The notes: generated from the sequence alone by a model not told the origin. DNA of 59,672 nucleotides, filler included, from Sphacelaria rigidula (GCA_964200075.2; 8 parts of 8 records of this genome joined end to end with filler, not necessarily neighbours in it); one strand, 5' to 3'; numbered from the whole stretch's first letter, positions 11,681 through 25,558 are shown. Numbers and translations are program-made.

Positions 11681-14600
11681 CACTATGTAAACCTATCTTG
11701 GTCGTAAAATAAGCATCATCCATAGTTGCAATACCACTGACGAGATCGGGCCCGAACTCGGGTAAGACATCGGACACATCCTGCTTTACGTTTTGAACGA
11801 AGGTGCTAAAATACAACCGTTGATGATCCTGTGGGACAAGCTTTTGGTCGGAAGGATGGTGCGTGCAGCGAGTGTCAGTGTTTGTGCCTGAAAATTTTGT
11901 CTTATCAGTCGAAGGTTGAATCTCATATACTGCAACGGAGGGTCGATGCCGGGGAAGGGCAGTTGTCGTGGTTGGACCCGACAACTGATCTGTGCGTTGT
12001 GTTTCACCCTTGTTGGCCAACAGAGGGGGCGAGTCATTGTGCAAAGCGGGATCGATTATATTATCCAGCTTGGCCAAAACGGGGGACGATTCATCGGGGC
12101 GTGGTGTTAAGTTCGATACGCCAATCAACTCAATAACATCACTAGTTAGGGCCAACATGGGACGTTTTGGAGACGATTCGTCAGGATGCGGGGTAGGTAA
12201 AGCTGTACTGTTCAACCCGGCATCTATTAAAGGGACCAACGTGGGCGAGTTAGGAGACGAGTCGTCTTGCGTAACACTTTGCTTGCCTGGTGACGAACAC
12301 ACGATCGAGGTGCCTTCATGACTAGAATGCAAACGTCCATGAGTCGGCGAAGTCTCTGTCCCTACAGGCGGCAACGCTTCATCGGAAATGGGTTCTAACG
12401 TAGTGCACGCGGGATGGTCAGGGAGCGGAAACGATCTGTTCGAAATCTGGGGAGTACCGGCCTATTCCACTCGAATGTTTTCATTTGTTTGAGCCCACAC
12501 GCAATCTCTTCCTTGGAGTTCACGTGCGCTTGCTACATCAGGGTTATGTACACGATCATCTGGAGAAGCCCGCCTAGGGTGACGCGTGTAGCGCACGACA
12601 GGGTCGGCGTCTCCAGGAGCTATTGAAATGAGTTCTCGGATAGTCGAGGCGCACCACCTGAGTCGCTGTCACTTGGGGTTCCATTCCAACCCGCTGAGCG
12701 ACAGAAAGCATGGGTTTTTTGCGGTTGCGACCCTTTAAGGAATAAATACACTCATCAAATAAAAGGGAACCGGGTACCGTAGTTTTTGCGGAACTCGGTA
12801 GGGTGGTTAGCCGGGCACTTGATCAGTCGGGGGGTGCTTGAGTGTGTGGCTTTGAGTTTTGTGTTCCCCAATGAACGGTCGGAGCAGCAGTGTCTATCGT
12901 ACCGAAGATAATTCGGCTCCTGATGCGTGAGAAACTGCACTACATGATTCCCTCTCCTTCGAAGGGAGGGGATTCGATTGAATATGATTAGTACCTGATG
13001 AATATAAAGCTGGGTGATCAACTCCAGGGTTAAAACGTTGGGTTTGGTCACTGCTCAATTGATAGCCATGAAACGGGGCACTGCTTTCGACTGTCTTGGA
13101 ACCCTTCAAGGCAGTGTTAGCATATCCAGGGAACCCACACCACATGGTTGAACCCGCGGTGGCCACCGCTGATTCGTGCGTGTGATCTGTGTGTGACCTG
13201 GCCGAGCGAAAACAAAATGGTTGACATCAATTTGGTGGGTACTTCTGCGGTGAATTACCGGCCATTGTTCATTTCTAGTTGTGGAATTGTACCAAGTAAT
13301 AATGAGAAATAAACTCAGAAGTAGAAAATAAACAGGCAGGTGGCGGCGCTTGGGTTTTGGGCTGAGCAACACGTCCTGGGTCACCCCACTGGGTGCTATT
13401 TGAATCTCCGGAACTTGTAGAACGTTCCCAAAAGGTTGTCAAGTTGTGAGGTGAGCATCAGTGCTGTGTGGGTACCGCCCTGGCGGGGTTCAGCCGCGGC
13501 ACTAGGTCTACTCATGTGAAACGTCTACCGTTTTGTGAATGGGCCGGTGCATGTGATTGAAAGTGTGCCAGGTCAGGTGGGTCAGGCGGTGAATCAGTTG
13601 TCGCTTCTAGGGCGTAGCAGGCGACCGTACGAACGCAGTTGTGATTGCCAGACTTGCCAAAATAGTCCGAAATGACGCGAAGCTTCCGAGTCTCTTTTTC
13701 AACAGCTTATATTCTTTCTCCGCAATTTCTAGAGCCTTCGTGGATTCGCGGATGGCGCGTTCTAGTTCATTCTGTTCCGGTGGCTTCTTCTCGGGGTGGA
13801 CATCTACATTATGGGAGACCTGAGCGCGCTCCTGGACACTTGTAGATACCTGTAGGCGGGCAAACTCCAACTCTCTGAGCTCAAGTTCAATGTGTGCTAG
13901 ATCGTTGCTGCGGATCTGATTTCAGCACGCTGTCTGTTCAGCCTCTGGAAAGTTGTACCAATGACGCGTGGGAATAAAGGCTGGGCGCTTTTGCCTAAGC
14001 TGGGCGTGTGTTTCGTCATGCGTGGGCAAGTATTGTTCCAATTTGGGCGACGTATCAAAGCCAGAGTGGGGCGATCAGAGGGTTCAGCACCGGTTTGAGT
14101 GCGGAAGTCATCCTCAGGGAAGGTTTTCGTAGCATCAGGGCTCACGTGGAGTGATGCCATCTGAGAAAGAAGAGTGGGAACACCGTCAGCGCTTTGAGTG
14201 GCTGGTCGGTGTACAGAGGAGCGGGCACCAACGGGGTTAGGGTGAGCATGTGGAGGGGAATTGTCTTCATCCACACTCACGTCCCTAAAAATGCGTCCTG
14301 CAATGACGCTATCATCAACGTTACAACGTTCTGGTTCGTTTTTGTTACTCGTCTCACTACGCGTGGTGGATTTGTACGGTTGTTCACCATTGTCTGTAGG
14401 GAGCGATCCGTCGTTTGTGACATCGTGCTCCGATGAAGTCGAAGGGCGGTTGATATTAGACATGGCTTGTACACCTACGCAATTGCGCTAGATCGTTAAC
14501 GTGGGGATGCGGGGATTGAAAAGTGAACGTTTCGTCGTGGGAGACAGCACAGTTGTTGAGGACTGAGGCGGAGTGAACAAAAATAAAAGGAATATAATGG

Positions 14601-15759
14601 CAGGGTACTGTCGACAGTTTTCAATCGACATGTAGGTCCACGCACTCCGCACATGTAGCGTTCTTTCCCCTTTTCAATCACAAAAGGGTAAAACATATGT
14701 CGAAGGCATACAGCAAACCGTATGTGTGTGGGTGTTGGTTAACAAAGTGTAGCAGCAAAGAGACAAGGAAGAAAATGAAAGTTGGAGTCATCCTACGGTA
14801 GGGGGGGGGGTATTTGGTTGCACGGAAAAAGAGGCTCATAAGTGNNNNNNNNNNNNNNNNNNNNNNNNNNNNNNNNNNNNNNNNNNNNTTAATTAATTAA
14901 NNNNNNNNNNNNNNNNNNNNNNNNNNNNNNNNNNNNNNNNNNNNTTTTGGGTACTTTGAGGCATGAGTTCAGGGTCAAACAGGGTAGAGGTATACTTGTG
15001 TCCACTGCAGGTGGAATAGTCCAGAAGAATGTGTGTCCAGAATCGGCAGGTCAGAGAGTTTGTACTTGATTACAGGCAGATATCAGAAAAATAGGGGAAT
15101 CTTGGTATCTAGCGGGGTTTTGGATCAGTACATAGCGAGGTTTTCAGGCTTTTCGGGTGAGGTACGTTGGCGGGATAAAGAGGTCGACCGGGGAGAGTGA
15201 ACTAGGTTTTAGATTCACCCCCCCACCAAGACATTTCCTACCTCCCTCTTTCTCACTCCACTCAGTTTTACTGTTTTTAGAGTGGAGCACTGTTTGTACA
15301 AGTGCAAGGTTGGATTCTGTTGGGTTGAGTTATAGGAAGCTATAAACAAACAACATATTTCAGTCTTTGGGGCATCAATCATCTCTGTTCGACGCTCCAC
15401 ATCTTCTACTAGTCTGCTGGTGTCTTGGTCACGTCTTCACAGTCACCCATAAAAGCGACTGAACCTATCAAGAAAAAGGAGCTCAAAAATATTTCCTGAC
15501 AGTACCGTATGGAATTCGTTTTCTGTGCAATAATAGGCGTAATAGTCGATACTGCGCACAGTACACGTTTTGACAATGTATTCTTTTGTCCACGGTGTGC
15601 AGCAATCAAGGCGGTGCCAATGCTTGCGGTAATTCCGGTTCTTGCGGTTTGTACTCGTCTGGGCTCGTATTCTTCACTTGTGAGACACTTGACGCGATTT
15701 TGGCCGCAGAACAGAGACTATCGCGATCACATGTCTTGGACACTTTCTGATTCGCAAGG

Positions 15760-15991
15760 CTCGGATATTGCGAGAACGGCCTCAGGATATGAGTACAACT
15801 AAAAACCAAAAAGCGGTGTCTGCAAATATTTTCGCGAAAAGGCTCGGAGTCTTCGAGAACGGTCTCAGGACAAAAATATGGCTGAAAAAGAAGGCGATGT
15901 GTGCAGGAATTTTCATGAAGAAATATTTGCAGACAATGGATTTGTTTTCGAGCCGTATTTTTGTCCTGAGGACGTTCTCGAAATCTCCGAG
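15760..15991. repeat. Direct plus inverted repeat block (foldback/MITE-like)
   Basis: ctcggagtcttcgagaacggtctcaggacaaaaatatggctgaaaa (~15844-15888) is the near reverse complement of ~15944-15991. A direct copy lies at ~15760-15790. Confidence 0.6.
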
Positions 15992-16345
15992 GCGTGCGAA
16001 TCGGGAACATGGTATAGACTTATGATGGCGATGGTCTCGATTTTGCGGGCAAAAGCTGTGTCAAATGTGTTGGAGATAAAAAACGCGAGCCCCCTAAAAT
16101 ACGAACCGTAGAAAACGACGACATACGAGGTGAAATTTTGTCACAATGTTATTTCTATCAATGTGCAGAAATTCAGGGGAGCAGCAACGGGAAAACAAAA
16201 CAAAACACATACACACACACAAGTTACGAACTTTACTGAGATGAGTACAGCCCATTTGTCTCAATCTCCTACCGCCTCTCCTACCGCCTGCCGTGCAACC
16301 GCAGCATACACAACTTGTACACAAGCCTTGCACGAGCCGTGAAAA

Positions 16346-18018
16346 GTGGGGCTGTGAACTGGCTGCGTTGGCCAGTTGAATTTTAACTGGCCACGCCAGC
16401 GGCCAGTACATCGATGTTTTTCCAATGAGTCGGCTCCGCCAATTAACCGGGAAAACATAGGCACCCCCCCTCCCCCCCGGCTGGTGAGGGGGCCCCGCGG
16501 GAGCGTCGCCGGAGGTGAGCCAAACTTCTTTATTTGGCTTGTTTTCCCATCAAAAATGTTGACAATTGTAGAAAATGTGACCCCTCACATTAAGGGAGTG
16601 AACGTCTTTGAGACGACACTCAAATCCCATTCGAAGCGATGAGCGATTCGAAATGTATTCATCTGTAATATGCAGCAGCAGACTCTCCGTGAGGAGATTA
16701 TGCAAACGAGCCAAGGCTGACAGCACGCAGGGATAAGGTATACTAAATGAAAAAATCTACAGGCCTTAATTGTTTTGCGGGAGGGAGAGGGTAGGGCATT
16801 CTCGTGAAAAAATGGTCGTCAACATACGGAAACACCCTGGACCAGTGAATAAACAAACAAAACCCTGACTCACGTTCTTTGGTTCATTATGCCCTAGCGA
16901 GGTCTCCAGCTAAAACTTCAATACACAAACACCAAACAAACGTGGGCCGGTAAGTGCCCGCCAATATACTGTTCCGAATTTTCAACGACCCGGATTTCAA
17001 ATGACCCATTCGACGTTTGATACCTTTCAAGTTGGACCCTGAGTTTTGGTGTGGACAATAAAGAGGGCAAAAAATAGATAAGTTATGCGTCAACTCATTG
17101 TTTTCATGAGTTGAAGGCAATAACCAGTTTTAGGTTCAAGCAAAATGCGGTAAAGTCATGGAAAAAAATGACACATGCCTTTTTTCTTTCATTATACCGT
17201 ATTGATCGTTCACACAAATTATAGAGTCCAACCCCAAGTATTATTAGGCCGGTTTTATATAGACTGAAAAAATACATGATAACTGCACTTTTAAACCTCT
17301 CATCACGGGTTATTGGCGGAATACGGACCTTGGCTAATTTGGCCTCCTCTGAAAGATTGGCGATGTTTTCACGAGGATTCTGGCGCACTTCTGCGATTGT
17401 TTGTACGCCCAGTTTTACCTCTGACCGGGTTCTGAGTGTTTTTGGTCGCCCCCGAAACTGTCCAGTTGTCGTCTTTTTCCCGACAATTCGACGGGTCTTT
17501 TGGGGGAGGCGACTGAAAAAATCCAGAATTCGGCGCAGGGTAAAAATGGGTGTACGAAAGATCGGACAAGCGCGCTGGAATCCTCGTGAAACAATTTAGC
17601 AAATCTTTCCAAGGAAGCCCAATCCGCCAAGGCCCGTATTCCGCCAATAATCCGTGATGGAAGGTTCGAAAGAGTAGTTCTCAGAGAGACTTTTTTTCAG
17701 TCTGTAAGAAACGGCCTCAAATTCCGAACGGGCCTGCAAACTTCAAGTCCGCTTCTAGGCTAGCCCAGCTCGTACCACGAGTACTGTCTGTACCTGTACT
17801 GCTGTTAAGTGCAGCCCGCAATTATCCTGCCAATTTTGTTCGTGATAATTTAAGCATCTTTGTTATAAACTCACTATAATACGATTGATATCAACATAGC
17901 CGGTAACGGCAAACTTCACATAAACTGGATCAACTGGAGTCTTCATCACCAGTTCCAGTCAAACTCTAGGTCCAGTTTAATCGCCAGGACAAACTGGTCC
18001 AGTTCACAGCCCCCACCG
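16346..18018. mobile_element. Non-autonomous TIR DNA transposon remnant (Tc1/mariner-like terminus) containing nested repeats
   Basis: gtggggctgtgaactgg (16346-16362) is inverted to ccagttcacagcccccac (17999-18016), followed by CG|TA. Subterminal AACTGG/CCAGTT motifs occur at both ends. Confidence 0.55.
17247..17716. mobile_element. ~470-bp imperfect palindrome (foldback MITE)
   Basis: Arms pair throughout, e.g. catcacgggttattggcggaatacggaccttggc vs gccaaggcccgtattccgccaataatccgtgatg; ttttcacgaggattctggcgc vs gcgctggaatcctcgtgaaa. Centre near 17478. Confidence 0.8.
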
Positions 18019-19379
18019 TAGGGCAAAGCCGTTCTTGTACGTACTGCACAGTACAGTACCTACTATCGTCATTATCCATCTGATCGAGGGGGTACCCATC
18101 CCTTCGAAAAATGGTACCCTCCCCCCTCCCCCTCCCCCGTCGCCAAGAATGAGCTTTGCGGGAATTGAGGGTGGTGTATAATGTCTTACAATCTGTAAGA
18201 CCCCTTGTGCGGCCCCTTCCTAGAGCTGTACAAGTCGCAACGACATTTTTGGAAGCAACGTAGTACAACGTTTCACACGTCGGAAAGCTCATGAGGTAAT
18301 TGAAAGAACTCTTCGAAGAGAACTCTCAGATCCACTGTGCCAAGCACAAAACACGCGACGGCAACGTCCGGAAAGCCAAAGCTCCACCTTCCCACTACAC
18401 CGCGTGCTCGGCGTCCATCGCTGTCGGGAGCTGATACGGAAATAGTGGCCAAATGAGCTAGGTCATGATCCGCATTAGTACTCTAATGAGAAGTAATATC
18501 CAGGTAGCTCATGAACTGTCCAACATGGGCAACGTTGAAGAAAATACAGTTGAACGTTTCTCTGATCAGACCCGCAACAAAATAAAACCTCACACGACGA
18601 TCGAATCTGAAAGATGAAGCCGAAAGTCTGTCAGCGTGTCTGGTGATGAGTCACGCCATGTGGAGCATTTCCTGGCAGCTGCTATAATGACTGGAGGAGG
18701 CATATAACCATTCACCGTAATTTCATGCCTGTCCGGGCTAGATCAGTCACAGCTGCTGTCCACGGGCCCGTCTCATATTACGACCTATAAATAACAAAGC
18801 AAAGCTTACTTCAAGTTGAATAAATAAGCGACAGCTAACTGAACTAGTCAGCACGCATGCAGAACGGAAGCGTTAGGCGGCTGGGATCAGGAGCTAACCT
18901 GCACCCGAATCACATGCATGTTGCCGATGTCTGTCACCCAGGGGGTTAGCACCACACCCGCGGTGAGTGATACGATGTAGGATTCAGGTCTTTTTTGCAC
19001 TCCTCCCCTCACCTCTGAGCGTGCTCGGCCCTCCAGGCAAGTCGGCCCTCCTGACTATAGCGCCCACGGCAGTTCAGTTCGTCCGGAATCACTACTGTTC
19101 CCCCTAAATTCCCTCGAAGATCTCTCACCATGCTCGGCGGTGTTTAGATTACAGATACCCATCCCATGTTCTTCACAAAAAGAGTCCCGCTTCTACAGTA
19201 GTGCACCGTTTGGTAAACATATCTCCCATTCGCCGTCTATTGCATGGAGTGTGTCCGTCCAGCCCCTTCGTCGCATTTGCGACATATCTTGAACCCGTGG
19301 TCGCAGTGGGTCAGGTATTTACTCATATTTATTTTCTTTACTGGTTTAGGGCGTTTTAGAATGGTGACGGCCACTTTTT

Positions 19380-20780
19380 ACGAGAACGCCTTGGCCTCCA
19401 CAAAAAAAGAAGTGAAGGCCCATTTTTTTTCGCATACCTCTGTAGTTCTCCATGCTAAGTTTTAAATCACAGTTGTAAATATGAAGCTAACACAAGGGGA
19501 TAAGGCCCAAGTCCGAAGTGCAATGTTCATATCTCCGCAAAACTGCCCTGAAAATACAAAAATAAATGAAAAAAACGACGAACGAAGAAATAAAGAAAAA
19601 GCTGTTCTGTGTAATTTTAGTATGCACTAGCGGTTCTCCATACGAAATTTCATAACGATACACAACTGTCAAAACCTGAGGCGCGATATCCAGGTTTAGG
19701 GCATCTAGTGCCTGTGCTCATAATGTATTGATTCCAGTATAGAATCTAATGTGTCTCATATCTCGAGATAGATAGATCACGAATCACGTGATTTACCGTA
19801 TATCCATACATTCTCCGTGCTTCGGGGTATGTCTAGACCGAAACTCGTCATCATCCGCTGTGCATATCGCTCGGGGTTTCATTTTGACTCTAGTATAGCA
19901 CCGGGGAGAGATGGGTTGATGCGTCTAGACCACGGACTCGTCCCGTAGGATGGAGGGGGTGGGGAGAGGGCTTCAAAGTGCAACAAATAACAGAATACAT
20001 AGTAAAATCATAAATATAGCGCTATTTCCGTACGGTAATCATCGACAAAAAATAACCCAGGCTTCTGAACGGATGGGCCCCCTTCGGCTTGATTAGGCGG
20101 TTAATATCATGTGCGGATCATGATCCCACTCATCTGTGTCCAGGACATATGGCAGCACCCCCCAAGCGAAAACCCGGCGTGCTCCGCCCTGGCTTTGTAG
20201 GCATGCGAGGTCAATGGTCTTACGAGCTGGGCAAGTCTAGAAGCGGGTTTGTGGTTTTTGGAGGCCCATTCTCACCTCAATATTGTGAGTTGGCCCCTGA
20301 AATTTGGTATGGGGAATAGATAGGACAAACAGTACACAAAAAAGGATGCCGGGCCCAAAGACATACAGAGTGGAGACCACTTTTCAACGAGATCACCCAA
20401 ACCTCTAGAAAACAGAAATCGAACGCCCATTTTTTTGTTTTTATCTTATTCAGCATACCTGTGTGGTTCTCCATGCTAGGTTTAAAATCACAGTCGTGAT
20501 AAACTAGCTGAAAACCTTAGATGAGTTTCAAGATCAATGTTCATTTCTCGTCGAAACTCGCCTATTAAGGGAAAAAAAGGGAACAAAAGGGGAACAAGGA
20601 AAAAAAGGGAATAAATCGGAAAAAAAAAGAAAAAGAGAAGAAAAGTGACACATAGGGGGGGAAAGTCATTTTTTCTATTATTATGATCTACCGGTTCTCC
20701 ATACAATTTTTCAAAATACCACTCTAGAACGCTGAGACGCAATATAACAGTCTAAATCCGTTTTCGAGGTTCAACCTTTG
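19380..20780. repeat. Two diverged direct copies of a dispersed repeat (~19380-19700 and ~20400-20780)
   Basis: Shared gcccattttt...gcatacct.tgt.gttctccatgcta.gttt.aaatcacagt, caatgttcat.tc and cggttctccatac.a..tttca blocks. Confidence 0.6.
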
Positions 20781-21514
20781 GGTGACATCCAACTGACCAT
20801 CGGAAGTTCATTTGTTTCGTCCAAAAGGATCGGGATCCGCAAGCGGTTTCGACCATGTGACCCTAACCCAGATGTTTCTGCACAGCAGCGCAAGCATGAT
20901 GATGAGCAGTCCAACAGAAAAACCACCGTCATTGTGCGGCATCTTTCGAGCAGGATCTGTGTCTAAGCGCTACGGAACACGTAACAAAGCATGTTGAAAG
21001 CATGCTTTTTTGGACTAGTCATCGAGTTTTCGGGCGCCTCTTGTTGAGTATCTGAGAAAAACTTTATACTGTTTCGCCGGCGACGAGCTCTGTCAGCGAA
21101 ACGATCCAATGCGGCGACAGACGCCAGCGATCTTTGAAACGCAGCATCATTCAGCAGGCTGCTGGGATATACCAGCACACCCGAGTACAGCATCACTACA
21201 GTATAGTCGTGAGTCGGATAAAATGAATGTCCCACAATAATCCTGCGCGCACACACAACGAGGGTAAGGGTTAGTCCCACGCATGGGGTTATTTCGCCAG
21301 TAGTGCCCATGCGAGGCGCTTCATCCAGTCTGAACCAACCATCACGCCTTGTATGGCCACTTCCGCCGTGTCTGTGTTGAGAACCGGTTTCACGGTGGGG
21401 CTGTCGAAGGATACTACTGTACTGTAGTGCAACGCGCTTGCAAAATCCCCGCCGTTTCTTTCAATTTAGAACCCGCATCACACTCGTGGACAAATAGCAT
21501 CCTGTGGGGCACAT

Positions 21515-21688
21515 CTACAGGGTTCAGGGAAACTGTGCAGTGTCTCTCGCGGGGGTCTGGCTGTAGGCTTTTTTTTTGCGCCCCACAGGACGCTTCACAG
21601 GGTTCCAGGGAAACTGTGCAGTGTTTCTCGCGGGGATTTGACTGTAGGGTACTATTTTGTGCCACACAGGGCGCTCCACAGGGTTCCA
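21515..21688. repeat. ~81-bp tandem repeat, about 2.2 copies
   Basis: acagggttc(c)agggaaactgtgcagtgt.tctcgcgggg repeated. Confidence 0.8.
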
Positions 21689-22417
21689 TCACTCCGCGTA
21701 GTGTTCATTGCTGTTAATATGGGGTACAGCATTTTTACGCACATGCAATATGCTCGACCTTGCAGGGCGGGCGCAGTGCTGGCGAAAAAACAGATCACTT
21801 GTGACAGGGGTGGGTATCGAACTCGAACCCTAGTGTCAAGGAGACGAACGCGTTGAGTGCCATATGGAAAGTAGCTAATGCAGTGGCTTGGGTCTCTCAG
21901 TATGAGTGCCAGGAGATACCATGGTGTCAGCCTCACCAAGCTCCCACGTGGGCACACTCACACAGACCTAGCTATCCATCCTTGACTTATCACAAGTAGA
22001 TTCATTCATGTTCAGACTCTCGATAAGGAACTCACGTGTTTGCCTAGCATCATGTTTTATCTACAAGCCTCCCTTACTCAGTACAGCCGCAGGGCAGCCA
22101 TAGGAGCAGAGCGTAGTGATGGCCCAGTGTAGACCACTGCAAGGGCAGCAACTGATCAGATGGGGCGCCGCAGCTCAGACGGGGTGTCGCAACCCTAACT
22201 CATGACAGTAGCAAACGCGATAACAACGCGTCACGGAATCCAGGGTCTACGAGCAGACCCGCACAGAGTATATCTTGCAACGCCTCTGAGCTTCATCACA
22301 CTAGCCCATCCTAGACNNNNNNNNNNNNNNNNNNNNNNNNNNNNNNNNNNNNNNNNNNNNTTAATTAATTAANNNNNNNNNNNNNNNNNNNNNNNNNNNN
22401 NNNNNNNNNNNNNNNNC

Positions 22418-22996
22418 CGTGTTATGGATGAGATAAAGGGCTCCTAACAATTCTAACCTCAGAAATTATTGTGTACCCCTACCGTAGCATCACTCTATTG
22501 CCATCGAAGTTTTCTGACGTCTCTGTTAGTTTCATGTGGGTACATTTCCCAAGTCTGCTCTCAATGCTGTATTACTCGTCGTTTTCGAGCATCCGAGTAT
22601 TTTATGAGCTGCTGCCATCTGTACTGTTTCAAACTTCTGGACCATCGTCACATCCCCCCCCCCATACTTCTTCTGCATACTCCAGCTTTGGTACAATCAC
22701 GTTCATCAGCATACACCTCTTTATCCTCGTGTCTATGTGCGAGTCTCTGAGGACCACGTCCATCCTGCCCATCTGTTCCTTGCCCTTTTTTATTACTCTA
22801 TCTACTTACGTGTGCGCATCCCCCAAGAAACGTTTCTTGAGATATACACGCCAAGGTATGTATACTGGTCTACGATCGGCAATCACTCTCGTCATCAATT
22901 TCATTTGAACTCCACCAGATGTTTCTGATCTTCGTTACAGACGAGTACCGCGCATTTGTTAACGTTCGCTTTCACTCTCCATTTCCTAGTGTATTC
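22418..22996 (-). mobile_element. Non-LTR retrotransposon (LINE) RT C-terminal remnant, degenerate
   Basis: Manual minus-strand translation gives EYTRKWRVKANVNKCAV, IVDQYTYLGV, PKLEYAEEVW and ILGCSKTTSNTALRADLG, typical of post-YADD non-LTR RT regions. It probably continues across the gap to ~21900. Confidence 0.8.
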
Positions 22997-23328
22997 TGTT
23001 AGAGGATTCACTCGGAACCCCTTTGTCGTGGTCGCTACAGTTGGCGCAATGGCGGTTGAGCCAAGCAAGCAGATAGGCTGCTTCGGAGTGTAGACAGAAG
23101 ATAGTGTTCAAGGTGCCGCTTGAGGGCAAGACAATACAAACAACCCGCCGGGGTACACGGTCAAAGAGAAGAGGACTTCATATACAACAGCTGCTATCCC
23201 ACAGTATACGCCCCCACATCAGACCAAACCTTCGTGACCGGTACCTGCGATCCCAACACTAGATATATGCAAAGTCAGTACCATACGAAGCGTTGAAGAG
23301 CATGGCTCCGCAGCCTCATTTTCTAACA
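22997..23328 (-). repeat. 3' LTR of the Copia element (332 bp)
   Basis: Terminal inverted TGTTAGA...TCTAACA, immediately preceded on the minus strand by polypurine tract GAGGGGGAG (23329-23337). Confidence 0.85.
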
Positions 23329-23471
23329 CTCCCCCTCGACGCAAGTATAACTCTTGACCCTTCACACTTCCCCTTAATGCAAATACGTACTAGTTTCAAA
23401 CATCCACATCGGTATAACCGTCCCGGCACTCAAGGACGAAATGACAAGCCAAAGCTACAACCAGGCTGTAC

Positions 23472-25020
23472 TCATATTTTGAATGTGCTGAACAGTTTGA
23501 CGAGATGGAGGTGCCTGTGTTTGCTGAGGTACTTGGTCCCCATGTCTGCGAGTTGGTCTTTGGCCTTGACGTAACGAATGTTGATCCTTCCTTCCTTGAA
23601 TAATTCCTGAATGAAGAAGTACCGTAGAGCTACGTGCTTGACTCTCGAGCTGTACGTTCGTTCGCCTGCGACGTGGAGAGTTGAAGTGTTGTCGATGTAG
23701 ACAGGAACGGAGTTGAAGCGTGTGCCAAATCCCATCTCCCGCATCATATTCGAGCAAGACATGGCTTCCTTCATGGTGAGTGCAGCAGCCACGAGTCCTG
23801 CTTCCATCGTCGATTGCGCGGTGAGTTCTTGTAGTCCTACCTTAAAACTGATGGGGCCATTCGAGAGAAAGATCAGATATGATGATGTAGATTTCCCGTT
23901 GTCTGGGTTGTTACCCCAGTTCGCATCTGAGCACACCGTCAATCGGAAACCGCCCTGGTTGTAGGTTATGACATGATCTGTAGTACCGGCCAAATATCGA
24001 AGTAAGTGTTTTGCAGCTGTCATATGCGCCTTCGACGGATTGGACATCGCCCGCGCCAGTTGATTCACGGCGTATGCAATGTCGTTGCGTGTCACGTGAG
24101 CGAGATACATCACACTGCCCGTAATGGCCTGGAAACTCTTTTTGTCCTCCTCGTTCAAAGCTTTCTCCCTCGGCTGTTCCAGTGACATTTCTTGTCCCAC
24201 ACCAGGAGTGTATGCTGGTTTTCAATTCGCCGTCCCGTATCGTTACAGGAGAGGCTTGGTGTAATTGTTCTGGCTGATGGTGACTGTCTTCCGAACGCGA
24301 TCACGAACAACCTCCACTCCCAGCACTAACGATACATCTCCCATGTCCGTCATCGAGAAACGTCGCATCAATTTATGCTTGATCCTTCCCAGCACTTTGA
24401 CATCTTCCCCAAGCAGTAGGACATCATCGACGTATAAAGTCAAAACGTAGACGTCGCCGCTCTCTTGGTATGTTGTACACGCAAGGGTCCGACTTAAGGC
24501 TCTTGAATCCAATCTCCGCCGGGTGTGTGTCGACCGTTCCCCACCAGCGGTTTAGATCTTGACGGAGGCCATAGAGACCTTTGTGGAGCCGCATTACCAT
24601 CGGGGTTCCATTGGCGTCAAACTCCTCGTATCCTGGCGCCATTTTGACGTAAACTTCTTCCTTGAGTTCGGCGTTCAGAAAGGCGGTGTTGTGGTCCAAT
24701 TGCCAACACACCAAGTCATACTCCGCCGCTACAGCTAATACCATGCGGATGCTTCGGATCCTGCAGACCGATGCGAAAGTGCTGCCACAGTCGACGCCGG
24801 GGGCTTGTCCCCAACCCTGCACGACGACTCGGGCCTTGTGCGAGAAATTCGCTTTCTTCTTGTACACCCATCGGGACCCGATTAACCTGTGTCCAGTTGG
24901 GACGGAGATTTACGGCACTAGAGTATACACGTTGTTCCTTCTTAGGCTATCTCCTCATCTGCTGCCGCCTGCCACTGTTCCTTTTCTGAGAGACTCATGG
25001 CCTCATTGAACGTGTCTGGC
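23472..25020 (-). pseudogene. Copia reverse transcriptase + RNase H (frameshifted)
   Basis: HKARVVVQGWGQAPGVD; QLDHNTAFLNA; LHKGLYGLRQ; LYVDDVLL; GSVMYLAHVTRNDIAYAV; SDANWG; AQSTMEA; KHVALRYFFI; DQLADMGTK. Confidence 0.95.
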
Positions 25021-25558
25021 ATTATTTCGGTTTTCTCCCCCACTGAACAGCTCGAGAGGTTGGTAGTTGTGTAAGCATACTCCACGACTGATTCCGCCCC
25101 AAACGTCTGGTGCACGGCATCTGGTAGGAGCGCGTTGATGTGTATTTGCAGCCGCCGTAGCTCGGAGAGCATTTTGTTGTCCACAGTGGCTGAAAGGTGC
25201 GCAGAAGCTGCGTCGTCGTTGTTGGTGTTGCGTTCCCTGAAGGAGCGCGCTGCAATGCCTGCGCGCGTCACGGCGGGAGTCGCTTGATGACGAGAGTGTC
25301 GAGAGCGGTTGAGCAGTGGTGATTCGGCTGATGATGTGGACTGGCTAACTTCGTCCCGAGAAGGGGATGCAGTTTGTTCCAGCGGCGCACGGCTCTCCGG
25401 TGATGCCGTTGGCGACGTCTCTTCACGAGGTATATCATCGTCGTGCAGCATGTCCCGCTTGGTGATGGCGCTGATTCTCTCCAGAAGCTCGGCCACCTGT
25501 GGATCGTTAGATATCCCGCTGGTAGTGATATGATCAACGGAGGCGTGAGCCGGTTGAG

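Larger units (their letters stand above)
7473..14844 (-). mobile_element. Decayed Ty3/Gypsy LTR retrotransposon internal region (gag-like, PR, RT, RNase H, IN); LTRs not seen, bounded by gaps
   Basis: Domain order PR-RT-RH-IN on the minus strand, with multiple stops and frameshifts. Confidence 0.93.

Noticed and set aside
18290-18620. Possible hAT dimerisation-domain relic (HELSNMGNV...QTRNKIKP)
   Set aside because: Too degenerate to support without a profile search.
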